Notes under the pieces: generated by a model
Told to the model about the DNA's origin: nothing
The model's database searches: none
The model's input: the letters and a program-made list of their open reading frames with translations, nothing else
From: Octopus bimaculoides
Taxonomy: Eukaryota
Direction of reading: 5' to 3'
NCBI RefSeq assembly: GCF_001194135.2
Contig: NC_068988.1
Location: 72,253,306 to 72,317,305 of the forward strand
Length of the DNA: 64,000 nucleotides
Shown here: piece after piece, positions 1-12,992 of the stretch
Layout of the letters: the number at the start of each line of letters is the position of its first letter
Numbering within the stretch: position 1 is the stretch's first letter
Made by a program: the position numbers and the translations under genes

Positions 1-431
1 TTTTTCTGGATATATACCCTCACTCTTCTCCAAGACGTCATTCTCTATCCCGTCGTTACACTTACGACTATTAACAAATTCAATGGTATTCTTATTGAGA
101 TTTTTCTCAATGATGCTCTACTGGAAGTTTCTTTACTCTTCCCGTTCGTAGTGGTATCTCTAAATAGCCTCTTCCATTCATTCCTTATCAACGATACATA
201 ATAAAGTCTGCTATATTTCTCTCTTTGGTCTACTACCTGTGATTCTTCGATTGAAAGTAAACACTTTGCTTATTTTGTCTTCCTCACCGAGACACCTGTT
301 CAGAAAATAAGCATCAGAAAATTTCTGGGAAGAACTATACGAAGGCTCTTGGTGAGGCTAAATCTCAATATATGGAAAGCACCACCTTCCGTATTGCAAA
401 GACACGTACTAACTCAAACACACATACTATA

Positions 432-437
<6 letters not shown>

Positions 438-488
<51 letters not shown>
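438..488. repeat. (AT)n microsatellite
   Basis: Uninterrupted AT dinucleotide run; it explains the YIYI ORF-track translations. Confidence 0.95.
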
Positions 489-491
<3 letters not shown>

Positions 492-659
492 TTCATACAC
501 ACAAAACTACTTACGTATATATGTATATACATATATAACTACTTATGTATGTATGTATGATTGTATGTACGTATGTACTTATGAATATATGCATATAGAT
601 AGAGAGATAGATAGACATGCATACAGACAGAGATGCAGACAGGTAGGTTGGCATATAGG

Positions 660-786
660 CAGGTAGGTAGGTAGGCAGGCAGACAGTCAAGCAGGTAGGT
701 AGGTAGGTAGGTAGGTAGTAGGTAGGTAGGTAGGTAGGTAGGTAGGTAGGTAGGTTGGTAGGTAGGTAGTTATGTAGTTAGGTAGA

Positions 787-853
<67 letters not shown>
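660..853. repeat. Compound (GGTA)n/(GATA)n tetranucleotide microsatellite
   Basis: Directly visible tandem GGTA units followed by GATA units. Confidence 0.95.
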
Positions 854-854
<1 letters not shown>

Positions 855-1389
855 TAAACTTCGCTTTCCAAACTTCCTAGAACTATACAGTCCAGAGCGG
901 TTAGCTGGCGGAATTGCTTTGATGTGGGAAGAGACGCTTTTTGATATTTCTTCCAATTCTTTGCAGTTTGAACTAAGACATATCTTAATGCTCAAACACC
1001 TTAGAATAAACATATCCACTTGATGAATGATGACCAAAATATCCCATTTGAAATCGATAAAACAGTAGACCTTAAAAATTTTGGGTTCATATTCATTATT
1101 CTCAGAATATTTATTCTTTTTCTTGTGTAACCAAGTAAGTACTATATACCTCAGAATTTTTTTAATTCTTTTAGTATAAGTGATGAACCACCTCACACTA
1201 TCAACGTGGAAAATTGGGGTGGTTAAGAAATTCTGACAACAGAATTGGTTATTGTAAGTGGCACAGTGATTGATGCAGGACGTACTTTGCATCATGTGCC
1301 AACATCAGTAATTCTTATTCGCAAACTTTGAAGTCTTGATCATATCTTATATATGATATATTCACTCCGCCTTATATATAATGTTCTTC

Positions 1390-4300
1390 ACGCTATCCTT
1401 TTATCAGTAAAAATATTGCTGTTAATTTGTCAGTTATCAAGCACAAAGTATTGACTACAATGTGTTCTTGTCCCAATCATTTTACATCTTCAAAATTGGG
1501 GTTTCGCAGCATATAATACCTTGAAATTGATCTACTCCAATCCATAAATATAGCCCTCTATGGTAAGTATATCTCTCTTGACCCTACACCTTTTATAAGG
1601 GATCAGTGACGTCAGTGGTCATTTAGCCAATATGATCCCTATCAGAAATCACAGAACCAGCAGAGGCATGATTCATCACTTCACCAAACAAACAGACCAA
1701 ACACACATCTTGTAAACAGGATATAATCAGCAAGCTGTTATTTCGCATCCACTTTTCTTGGACAGATATATACTGTAGTAAGCAGTGGATTCTGACCGTC
1801 ATGCTGCTAGACTCAACCACTCACCTTTTTGTCTCAGTATTGCTGTGAATACTCGTTCAGTTGTTCGTAGTAATTTTCATTCACCAGACGTTGTAATTTT
1901 GTTGACATGCGTTGGTTTCAGTTAAAAAATAATGATTAAATATGCGATTAGAGATTACATGTTGTTAAGATTCAAATCATATATTAAGAGAGGCTGTGAC
2001 TAATTTTGATGTCCCAAGCAGGAGAGAAAGAATAAAGGATTATAACAGAAAAGAAGAAATTAAAGGGAAAAAGTATCAATGTGGTATTATGTTGTATAAA
2101 AAGTGATCAGCCGCCCTATATACTTATTGGACTGTTTATAGATTATGCGTTCGACTCCACCAGATGTGCCTCTGTGATTTCTAGTTAGAACAGGTTACTG
2201 TACATCAAGTCACCCAGGATGGTTAATGAAGACAGACGGCGTCAGTTCCAAGAGGACATACAGAGATATGTTCATAATAATGTGAAACTGAATCAAAACA
2301 CCAACATGTTAAAATCACGTGATGATTACAGAGAATTTGATTTATCATGCGGAATAGTCTTGTAGAAAACTCTAAATTCTATTTTACAGTTGTCATTCAT
2401 TATACCTAATTTCAGTTTTATTCTAAATCGTGACAAATTTTGTCGGGATGTTTTCGTGTATTAGATCTACATATGGCTGAGTCGATAGGATGGACTTCGA
2501 GTCAAATAGCTCGTGACTTTATGCTTTTGCGACCTTTGCACTACTCATCGCTGTCAATGAATCTTTGCCGTCTGGTGCAGGGTAGAACTCTCTATTGTAA
2601 ATTTTATCGATCCTATAAAACTGACGAACGTGAAATAATAAATGCGATAATACTTAGAGATATTGTTTTGAAATGTACTCCACCAATGTGACTTATTTCA
2701 GATACACTGCATGAAGTTGAAATTTTCAAGGGAAATCCTGAAATTTATTATATATTTGAATTCACTAAATAATTACCTATTCAATTATAAACACTGTACA
2801 GCGTAAGGTGATATACATTTAGTGAATACAATTTATAGAATAAATTTATGGAATAAATATCATTTATTTACATTGTCAGTGATATCAATTTTATGTTGAA
2901 AGTAACATCAACACATTCTTTCATCACTTGATTCTATGGACAAATACAATTTTCAATAAATCATTTAACGTCTACCTTGTATATTTAAGCAAGTCATCAC
3001 ATGTCAAAAGATATTTGTGGGTAAGGATACCTGGTGATGATTCTATATCATCACAACAGTAAATACTTTACTTCAGGTGGCTAATTATTCAAGAATGAAA
3101 GGTTTACATCTGTAACTTAGCTTTTTTATGAGGTATGTAGATGAATGGTTGAATGGTGAATGTGTTAAAAGATTGCTTCTAAATAAGTAAAACAGAATGT
3201 ATACATACACATGTACAGTAACATTTTTGGAACAAATGTATACATTCGGATATATCATTTGAATAAATTTGTATTCTGAAAAATAAGTCTTAAAATAAAC
3301 ACATACATACATAGTAATATAAAATATAAACCTACGGTATGCGTACGTAAAATAAATCGCCACTATCTAGACAACAAGAGCTACGTATCGTATAAAAATA
3401 TTGTGGTGTATATTAATGATGAATATATTAGATATGCGGTAGATATACTTTATACACGGTATGATAAATCGATGATATTCGCATTCATATGATTTCACTA
3501 CAAACTGAATTAATAAGTCCGTACTATGATTTGTATTCTAATTGAACAAAACTAAAATAAAGTATAAATATTAATCAACCGATCTGCTTCACTGAGGATT
3601 ACCGCCGAAAATCTGTTGATATTTTTTCTTTACTTGTTCAATTTGGGAGGGTAGAATTCTATAGAATATAATCAATTTCATATTATTAACTGTGTATACA
3701 TAATTTGATACGTAGAGCGACACGACAAGGATTTGCTTTCATAACTAAGTATTCGACAGTTAGAAATTATGGAAATTATAGGAAGAACCAAACAGTGAAA
3801 GAATTAATATGTTCAGAATATTTGTATATATTTTCAGACTGAGGGAAACTTTAGCTTTCATATTGTACAGCTGAGCATTCGTACAATATGAAATGTTTAA
3901 AGCCTTTTATTGTCTGTTCAAATATGAATTAGAAGCAACTCGAGATATATAAGCAAAATCGAACACACTTACACAAGGTATGTGTTTTCGATTGTGCGAA
4001 TTGTTTGTGTTCGAATACCTTATAGAAACGAGAAAAATGCTTATATGATTTGTAATTAGTTTCGTTTATCTACATTCAGTCCCACACTCCATGATGTCAA
4101 TAAGATATCCGTTATATACGATTGTAATTTAATTTATACTAAAAGCTTGACTATGCCCGAGGTCAAATGATAGGCATCTCCATGTGAGCTTGCATTATGT
4201 GTAGTTAAATATAGAGATTAATAGCAGTTATTTAAATTGGTTTCATAAAAATTGATATTATTTTATTCCTTTGATACAGGTCTTCATAAACATTTATCTT
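1390..4300 (+). repeat. Diverged direct segmental duplication, copy A
   Basis: Collinear matches to 8630-10580, e.g. GTGTTCTTGTCCCAA (~1462 vs ~8702), AATGATTAAATAT-CGAT-AGAGATTACATG (~1931 vs ~9037) and CATAGTAATATAAAATATAAACCTACGGTAT (~3310 vs ~9660). Boundaries are approximate. Confidence 0.8.
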
Positions 4301-4401
4301 ATCTTCTGGGCATTATTACTTTGCTTCGGAATTATTTGATTTCTTTGATTGTAGTTTAAGGCAGTTAAGAAGCTACATAATATATGTGTGCGTGTGCGAG
4401 C

Positions 4402-4460
<59 letters not shown>

Positions 4461-4461
<1 letters not shown>

Positions 4462-5290
4462 TGGGTCATCCCATAAATAATGCAGTTTTTTTCAATTGCA
4501 TGAACTAAAAGTCGGAGGGGGACAGGATAAACTACCTGCATCAACTTGCTGTAAAAGCAGGCAGTAATTTTACCTTGTCCTTATTCTTAATGCAAGTTTT
4601 GAAGAGTGCAGTTCGATTTTAACAGCTTTTTTTTTCAAAATTATAATAGAAGAGACAAAGGAACATATTCGGCATATTTTGCTTTATGAGATCAATAAAG
4701 GTAACAACGCAACGGAAAGTTCGAGGAATATTAATGCAGTATATGGGAATTGGACAATAAGTGTAAGCAAGTTTCAACGGTGGTTTCAGAAATTCCGAGC
4801 CGGGAACTACAGCCTAGAAGATGATCCTCGTCCTGGAAGATCTGGAGAGCTCGAAGAAGACGTCCTGCAAACCCTGGTGGAACTAAGTCTCATCATAACT
4901 GTTTAGGATCTAGCAGAGAAGCTTGGATTTGGTCATTCAACCATTCATCGATACCAGCGCTAGAAGAAAAATGAGTATCTTTGGTTTTAAGAAAGGTGTT
5001 CTTCCATCAGCATAATACTCGGCCACATACAGCGAGGATGACATTCCAAAGGCTGGAGCAGTTTGAATAGGAAACGATGCCCCACCCACCATATTCGCCA
5101 GATATTGCCCCATCTGATTATCACTTATTCTACAGCATTCAAAATCATTAGGATGGAAAAAATATGAATTTTGTAGACGAGGTCAGATCAGTACTGGAGG
5201 AGTATTTTCGTCAAAGACAAGTAAATGTTAGAAGCGTGGTCTTGCAAGTTTACCAGATGGACTGAAGAGCGTTGTAGAAAATGAAGGAGA
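4461..5290 (+). mobile_element. Decayed, internally deleted mariner (Tc1/mariner) element
   Basis: Starts TA|TTGGGTCATCCCATAAATAATG (TIR-like). The ORF at 4679-4906 gives a mariner N-terminal HTH (KGNNATESSRNINAVYG...FQRWFQKFRAGNYSLEDDPRPGR). Downstream there is a degenerate PYSPDIAPSDYHLF-like segment (CCCACCATATTCGCCAGATATTGCCCCATCTGATTATCACTTATTC). Confidence 0.85.
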
Positions 5291-5301
5291 GAATAGTGTA
5301 G

Positions 5302-5364
<63 letters not shown>

Positions 5365-5759
5365 TATTTAAATCAGGTAATATAATTATCATAACAACCG
5401 ACATCTACTGCATCTAATCCGGATAAGCTTAGAAATAAGAATAAAAGCATAAATAATTTGTGTAAGAATATTTTGTAGTTTAACCCCGCCCCATTCAGTA
5501 TAAATGTCGCTTTTAATGTGGCTAAAAATTGTCGTTCTTAATGTGTCTAAAAATGTCGCTTCTAATGTGGTTTTACTATATAGCAAGACTTAACTCTAGT
5601 AAATTAAACTGTGCATTTCATAATACTACAACAACTGACAATACATATAATATTACAACTTCTAGACACCTAAATAATGACAATGTAATATATACTGCAA
5701 ATAATCGATATACCGATCTTACTGATTCCAATAACAGTACTATTAATAAAATGGAAACT

Positions 5760-6210
5760 GAACCCCTCATACCTGCTAATAACCAAAATAACTTTACTCT
5801 ATGCAGCTGTCTCATTAATAACCAATGCCTTAGGAAAGATATAGTACATATATACGTGTTCTATCACTGCTCTCGGTAAAGAACATGTTTAGATTGGTGC
5901 GTACTTTTATTCATTCATACTTCGCTAGAATAATCTCAAATTACATTTAGGCATAAAGACAAGGCTAATAGTTCATCTCTAGCTAAATTCGTACATTCTC
6001 TCACTGATGATAATATTAAATTAAAATTGCTTGGTCCATTGTGCGAAATTCACAACCGTATAAAAGTAGTGGTGGCTGGTGTGGACTATATATATCTGAG
6101 GTATTCCATATTAATAGACTTGATAAAATTAAATCGAATATTATTAATCAACATGATGAACTGATTGTAAGATGCCAACACCTTAGATATAAATCTTTCT
6201 TACTTTTTAA
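5760..6210 (+). mobile_element. Penelope-like element remnant, GIY-YIG endonuclease C-terminus
   Basis: Frameshifted translations CSCLINNQCLRKDIVH, HKDKANSSSLAKFVHSL and SQPYKSSGGWCGLYISEVFHI...INQHDELIVRCQHL match the pattern of PLE GIY-YIG tails. Confidence 0.65.
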
Positions 6211-6689
6211 CTTTTTATCTGGCGGTCGTCTAGCGTTCCTGCTGGTTGATTTCCTTAAGAAGCTTCTGGTCTCAGTCAACTCAATGTTTATTTGTCTGTT
6301 TCTGAAGTTCTAATTGGCTAAACCCAGGGTGACGCCAGTAACTAATGTTTAGAAAGATGTACAGTTGTTTGGGTTTCGAATCTCGAGAGCAGCCCATTTC
6401 TTAAACTTTTGATTTATGCCTGTAGTTTCTAGTCGTTTTTCGTGGTTCGTGGATAAACTGCGTGTATACAAGACTTATAAATTTTTAATGTATTGTCACT
6501 CTCCGAACTTATGTATATGCATATATGTGTGTGTTTCTGCCTGTGGATTTTATCTACCTACCTACCTACCTACCTACCTATCTCTCTATCTATCTCATTC
6601 TATCTATGTGTGTGCGCGTGTGTGTATATGTAAGATATACATAATACTCACACACATACATACATACATACATGCATGCATACATACAT

Positions 6690-6738
<49 letters not shown>

Positions 6739-7838
6739 CACACACAGTGGCAGGTGGGTGAATGATTACATTACAACTCATTTCACTCTAACAATTGTTT
6801 TTCATATAAAGTTGTATCCCTCCGTAAATCTACAACATATATCTGTTTTAACACTTTCAGCAGACATGTCCAGAAATTCTTAATTATTACCGAGACTGTA
6901 ATTTTTTATGTGTCAGGTGTGAATATTCAAACTCTTTCTAGTTTTGCGTATGCTGGAACACGCTATGGGGGTAGAGCGTTGGAGTATGGTAGAACGCAGC
7001 AGAGAAATATTCATAGATTATTTTAGCAATACTTCACTTGTCACTTCTAATTATGTATTTTATGAACCACAATTAGGCAGGATTGTCTCTTTCTATTTTT
7101 AGCTCTGCAATTGTTTATTGCTTCACAATATTTCATCATATTTTCTCTTGTTACAAGCCGTAAGGTTAACAGGAAACAAATTTCTCTTGGAGAGCTTTTG
7201 TTCTTCTGTTGTTGTTTGAAGTAGGTAGAATATATACGATATGCTACCTAATGTTCGTAGGTACACTTCAAGATTTTAGTGGGTTATCTAATCATCTTTT
7301 TACCTGGGCAACATAATAGTGCAGTTTACCCTAATGTACTTAAACGCTCTTCATATTCCCGTTTGTTTGAAGCTTGCTAAACGTCAGATAGTTTTTCATC
7401 AAATTTGATACCTTCAATTAATTGCCATACGAGCTTTTGATTTTTTTTTTTTTTTTTTTGGTTCCCTTGCATGATTCTTTCCTCTTTTTCTCGGGCTGGT
7501 ACACAGTTTCAAATCCCTCAAAATTATCATTAACAGCGCTTGGTCTCTCGTAATACGTTTCACACTTTGCTTTTTTTGTATCAACTTTAATGACTTTAAG
7601 AGATTTAGCCAGAGTACCTTGGCTGACTTTAGGTTGAAGCTTTTTGGGTGAATGAGGCAAGTATTGCAGAACTGCATATTGTAGCCACTGCTTTAGCGGA
7701 ATTCTCATGTATGTTTAAAGAAAAATGGAAACACACACATACACACACACTAGCACGCATACGGACACGCACATACACACGCACGCATGCAGACACGCTC
7801 ACACACCACCACACCACACACACACACGCATACATATA

Positions 7839-8020
<182 letters not shown>

Positions 8021-8629
8021 CAGATATAAAAGGTTACTGAGAATAGAGTAGGATAGTAAGGAAAGAGTTACAGTGAACATAGTAGGATAGTAAGGAAAGA
8101 ACTAGAGGGAAGGAAAGAACTAGAGGGAAGGAAAGAACTAGAGGGAAGAAAAGGAATAGTGAGATGGGTGGTGTGACTAATGAGGAATTAGTACAATGAA
8201 GACATCAGTTAACGAAAACCAGAGAAAGGAGAGACAAAGTATATCATAATAGCAGGACAGTGACCGGGTGTAGACAGTGTCAGCGAAGCAATCAGCAGTA
8301 AATATCCGTAGCATGGTAAACAGATTCTACAGGAAAATAGATACAAACAGTGGAAGGGAAGGATTAGAGTATGGAGTGTTGGTAAATGAGGGAGGAGAGA
8401 GAAAGAATTTCAGTCTGCAAAAAAAGGGGAGGCTCGTTTTTACGCTAAAAATTATGATTTACGGTAGTGAGAAAAGGTGTTTTAGAACTTATACCAGCAC
8501 GTAAAATTACATCAGAGAAGCGATTTAGTAGAGACACCTCATTGTAGCGTATTATAGTAAGCGACTCACGGCAACACTGCTCAAAAATTCCTCATCAGCC
8601 CCTAAGTATTATATACTTCACACGACCTC

Positions 8630-10580
8630 GGGTGTTGAATCTTTTCATCAGCAAAAATGTACTGTTTATTTCTCAATCACAATATAAATATTCACTCCAA
8701 CGTGTTCTTGTCCCAACCAACCAACATCTTCAAGATTGGGACTTCGCAGTATATAACACCTTAAAATTGTTCTATCCAGCTATATAGATGCAGCCCTCTA
8801 AAATAATTATATCTGTGATCCTACACTTTTAATAATCTCTATCAAACCTACCAAACCATTTGTGTATCCAAACACATTAATCTTTCACTTTGAGATAATT
8901 TCTCATAAAATAGATAGTATTTAATAATATTAAATGTTTCTTCAAATAACATTACTATGCACAAGTAACGAAAAGCGTACAAGCGTGAATATTTATCCGC
9001 AGTGACCAGACACCCACTGGTTTCACTCCAAACACAATGATTAAATATACGATCAGAGATTACATGCTGTTATGAATCAAATCATATATCAAGAAATGTT
9101 GTGTGTCTAATTTTGATGTCTCAAACAGGAGAGAAGGGACAAAAGAATGTAACAGAAAAGGAGGAATAAAAAAGAATAAAAGTGAGCGATCACAGGCGTT
9201 GATGTGTGGTAAGAAGTTTACTTTCCAAACACATAGTTCTGAATTCAGTCCCATTCCTTGCCCCACCTTAGGCAAGTGCCTTCTACTATATTTGAGACTA
9301 AAAGAAGCCAGTTGTGTGTACATATATATGCGCGCGTGAGTGTGTGAGTGTGTGGGGGTTGGGGTCGTTGTGTCTATGATGTGCCCCACCGCCGCTTGGT
9401 AACCGGTGCTGGTGTGTTCACCTTGCCGTAAATTAGCGGTTCGGCGAGATACCAATAGAATAAGTACCGTGCCTTTTCATGAGTTGTGTAGATGAATTGC
9501 TAGATAGTAGATATGTTGACTGGTCGCAAATTAATAAGCAAAACGAAAGATTTGTGAAAGCATTTCAGTAAAATTTTTGATACCACTGCACATATTCAGA
9601 TATATCATTTGAGTATATTTATGTTCTGAAAAATAGGCCTTAAAATAAACACACATACACATAGTAATATAAAATATAAACCTACGGTATTCGTGTGTAA
9701 AATACATAGCTACAATCTAGTCAACGAAATCCAGCTATCATAGAAACAAGGTTATGATATATAGAAATGGTGAATAAGGTAGATAAATGGTAGATATACA
9801 TTAGCCACGATATTCACATTTGTAAGATTTCATTACAATACAAGCATTTAGAGACCTCTGCTATCATTTTCGCACAAGTTTGGTGACGCAGTAAAATATG
9901 TACCTTCTTCAACTTATCTGCTTCATTGAGAGTTACCGTTGAAAATTTAATATCTCTTTTTTGTCTTTACTTGTCCACTTTTGTTTAAATAGAATCAACT
10001 TTTACTTATTACCTGTACATATTTTATCTGACCTGTAGAACGAAAGAACTGGAGAGATTTGCTTTCAAAATTGTGTAGTCACCTATTAATGAAAACTGTG
10101 GAAAGAATTAATATATTCGAAATGTTTGAATATATTTTCACACTAACAGAAATGCTATATTTTTTAAAAATCAAGTTAAAATTGTACAATACGTTTTAAA
10201 TGGTTTAAAACCATTTACCGTTTTGTTGTCACCCAAGTTCATAGAAGAAACTATGGTGATACGAGCGAGAAAGAGAGAATGACTGATAGCATGATTTATA
10301 ATATTAATTAGGTTTTGTATAATTCAAATTTTGTCCCACGGCCATTGAAATCAATTAAATATCTCTAGTATACTGTTGAATTTAATTGCCTATACATTAA
10401 TGACACCAAAAATTAACCTTACCTCAGGCCAAATGATATAAGAAAACCTTTATTCAATATATATCTTCATGCCGGTATGTGTGTGTGTATGTGTGCTTGC
10501 TTTGTGTGTAGGTAAATATGAAGACTAATAATAGTTGTTTATAGTGGTTTCATAGGCATTAGTATTATTTTATTATTCTT
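8630..10580 (+). repeat. Diverged direct segmental duplication, copy B (interrupted by a SINE)
   Basis: Collinear homology with 1390-4300. The offset shrinks from ~7.2 kb to ~6.3 kb because of indels and insertions. Confidence 0.8.
9215..9470 (+). mobile_element. tRNA-derived octopus-type SINE (family 1)
   Basis: Head GTGTGGTAAGAAGTTT...TTCAGTCCCA...GGCAAGTGCCTTCTACTATA, central microsatellite and tail TTAGCGGTTCGGC...AATAGAATAAGTAC, shared with many other copies in the window. Confidence 0.8.
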
Positions 10581-12197
10581 ATAAAGCTTTTCATAATGAC
10601 AGCTTTTGAAATAGTTAAATATCTTTATATTAACTGCATAAAATTAGTTGAAGTATCTTATACTTAATTTCAGGTAACCTCCACTGAAAGTTCATAAACC
10701 TTCGAGATATGTATGCTGATTCTAGACCTAGTGGTAGCATAGATTTAAGATCCCTCATCTACACCACTGCATTCAGAAACATCGAAAAGCAGAATACATC
10801 AAAACTTGCAAGCTACAGCTGCCAATTAACAAAAAATGATCAGACTTTGTCATCATTTAGAAGACTGACGGAAAATCCATACGTGAATACTACGAAGAGG
10901 TTCAAGCTTTAAAAAACAGAAAAGCCCATTACCCGAAAGAATTTGCGGAAAACAAGCTTGCGTCTTACTACCAAGGCGAAAATCATTATTCCCTATATTC
11001 AGGAGAAATAACTCAAACTTAGACACAAGACACTATCACCTTAGGTCCCATATTCCTCTTGTATGACCGTTGCTCTTATAGTTCCTTACATAAAATAACT
11101 GTAGGACTTCATGTTAATGTGTTTCTCCAAAATACTCCGAATTTTACGCTTTCAGATTATTCCACCCTTTCCCCAAATGTTTTCTTTCCTCTTTATTCTC
11201 TACATCTCTTACTCCATCTTCTACTTTACGCTACTCCCACACACATGTACATGCACTCACACACTCCACCACCACCCCTCTTTCTCACACCACGACTCTC
11301 TTGAATCTTTAATATTTAATAGTTAATACTGAATATACAGGGATGTGAGCGAGTGTGTGTGATATTTAATAGGTATAGATCTAGATTGATTCATTTCAGC
11401 ATCATAGGCGATTAATGCCAGATAGTTAAAGTGATATGTTATTCCGTTGGTTTGACTTTAGTTCGTTGTGTTTATGTTTTCTTCTTTTAAGTATGTTTGT
11501 ATTTTCGATATGATTTTGCTGTTTTAGTTAAGTATATTTTATTTATCTATATCTTTAAGTTGGAATATTCGTTTAAATATATTTTCTCTAATTAAGGTTT
11601 ATTTTAGATAACTAGTGAGCTAGATTGGTTTATTTCCACATCCCGTTATTTAGAGACGAACTGAAGTGATACGTTATACTGCTAGCTTTGGTTCTATTTT
11701 GTGTTTTAAATAGTCAAATAAGTTGTTAGGTCGTAATATCTATTGATTCATATTCTTTAATCAATCTATGTTTTTGCAGTTCCAAATTGACTATATACTA
11801 GGTTATCATTATTTTCTGCTTTCAGTATTAGTATCGTGTTTGCTAGTTCTTTTTAGTGTTCTGTGGTTTTCAAGTTCTATAAATCTTGGGTATCAATGTT
11901 TTCTGTTTTCTGTTTCACTTTTTAAAATCGGTGCTTCGTAGCTAGAGTGGAGATTTATGTTTGAGATTTGATGTTTGCATTGGTAACGATATTATGTAAC
12001 TTCTATTATGGTCCATTAACTTTTGGAATTGTTAATGGACCATAACTATTATTTCTCTTTTTCGATCAATGAACAACCTAACACATTCTTTTCATTCAGG
12101 TTCTTCCTTCATTTTTCGACAAACCGGACAGAACTAATATCCTCGATTGGGGATATTCGTCATTTTCATATGTTCTAACCGCTCTCTCTATCTATCT

Positions 12198-12252
<55 letters not shown>

Positions 12253-12860
12253 NNNNNNNNNNNNNNNNNNNNNNNNNNNNNNNNNNNNNNNNNNNNNNNN
12301 NNNNNNNNNNNNNNNNNNNNNNNNNNNNNNNNNNNNNNNNNNNNNNNNNNNNNNNNNNNNNNNNNNNNNNNNNNNNNNNNNNNNNNNNNNNNNNNNNNNN
12401 NNNNNNNNNNNNNNNNNNNNNNNNNNNNNNNNNNNNNNNNNNNNNNNNNNNNNNNNNNNNNNNNNNNNNNNNNNNNNNNNNNNNNNNNNNNNNNNNNNNN
12501 NNNNNNNNNNNNNNNNNNNNNNNNNNNNNNNNNNNNNNNNNNNNNNNNNNNNNNNNNNNNNNNNNNNNNNNNNNNNNNNNNNNNNNNNNNNNNNNNNNNN
12601 NNNNNNNNNNNNNNNNNNNNNNNNNNNNNNNNNNNNNNNNNNNNNNNNNNNNNNNNNNNNNNNNNNNNNNNNNNNNNNNNNNNNNNNNNNNNNNNNNNNN
12701 NNNNNNNNNNNNNNNNNNNNNNNNNNNNNNNNNNNNNNNNNNNNNNNNNNNNNNNNNNNNNNNNNNNNNNNNNNNNNNNNNNNNNNNNNNNNNNNNNNNN
12801 NNNNNNNNNNNNNNNNNNNNNNNNNNNNNNNNNNNNNNNNNNNNNNNNNNNNNNNNNNNN
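12253..12860. other. Assembly gap (N run) flanked by (TC)n and (TA)n
   Basis: N characters. Further gaps at ~23610-23623, 29770-29841, 30416-30618, 31629-31781, 44383-44392, 49668-49676 and 58962-59067. Confidence 0.99.
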
Positions 12861-12944
12861 TATATATATATATATTAGACAAGAAGAGATAACAAAGCCA
12901 AAGCTGTGAGGAGTTTACTGGACATTTATAAGGAAAGAGATATA

Positions 12945-12992
12945 GTCTTACAGCTGTTTCTGGTATATTATGGATATCCCTTCATCAGAGAC
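12945..12992 (-). ncRNA. Minimal type I hammerhead ribozyme motif (Penelope-type)
   Basis: Minus strand reads GUCU-CUGAUGA-A-GGGAUAU-CCAUA-AUAUACC-A-GAAA-C-AGCU-GUA-AGAC. The core is intact, stem I is GUCU/AGAC, and stem III has a palindromic AGCU loop. Stem II has two mismatches. Confidence 0.7.

Noticed and set aside
1069-1134. Possible exon (tag|...CAA|gtaagt) as the GPCR signal-peptide exon
   Set aside because: The acceptor lacks a polypyrimidine tract, there is no in-frame ATG, and the adjacent hydrophobic frame ends in a stop before the donor.
687-1295. 202-aa minus-strand ORF
   Set aside because: The last ~55 codons are GATA/GGTA microsatellite translation and I recognise no domain in the rest; likely a chance ORF. 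A homology search was not possible.
8040-8155. Short tandem repeats (GGAAAGAACTAGAGGGAA x3)
   Set aside because: Purine-rich slippage repeats without spacers; not CRISPR-like, and the context is eukaryotic.
10690-12170. Possible retroelement remnants
   Set aside because: Composition suggests decayed Penelope/LINE sequence, but I could not read a diagnostic motif with confidence.
12147-12882. Long ORFs spanning N runs (also 30270-30738, 31453-31881, 58822-59268)
   Set aside because: Artefacts of translating through assembly gaps.
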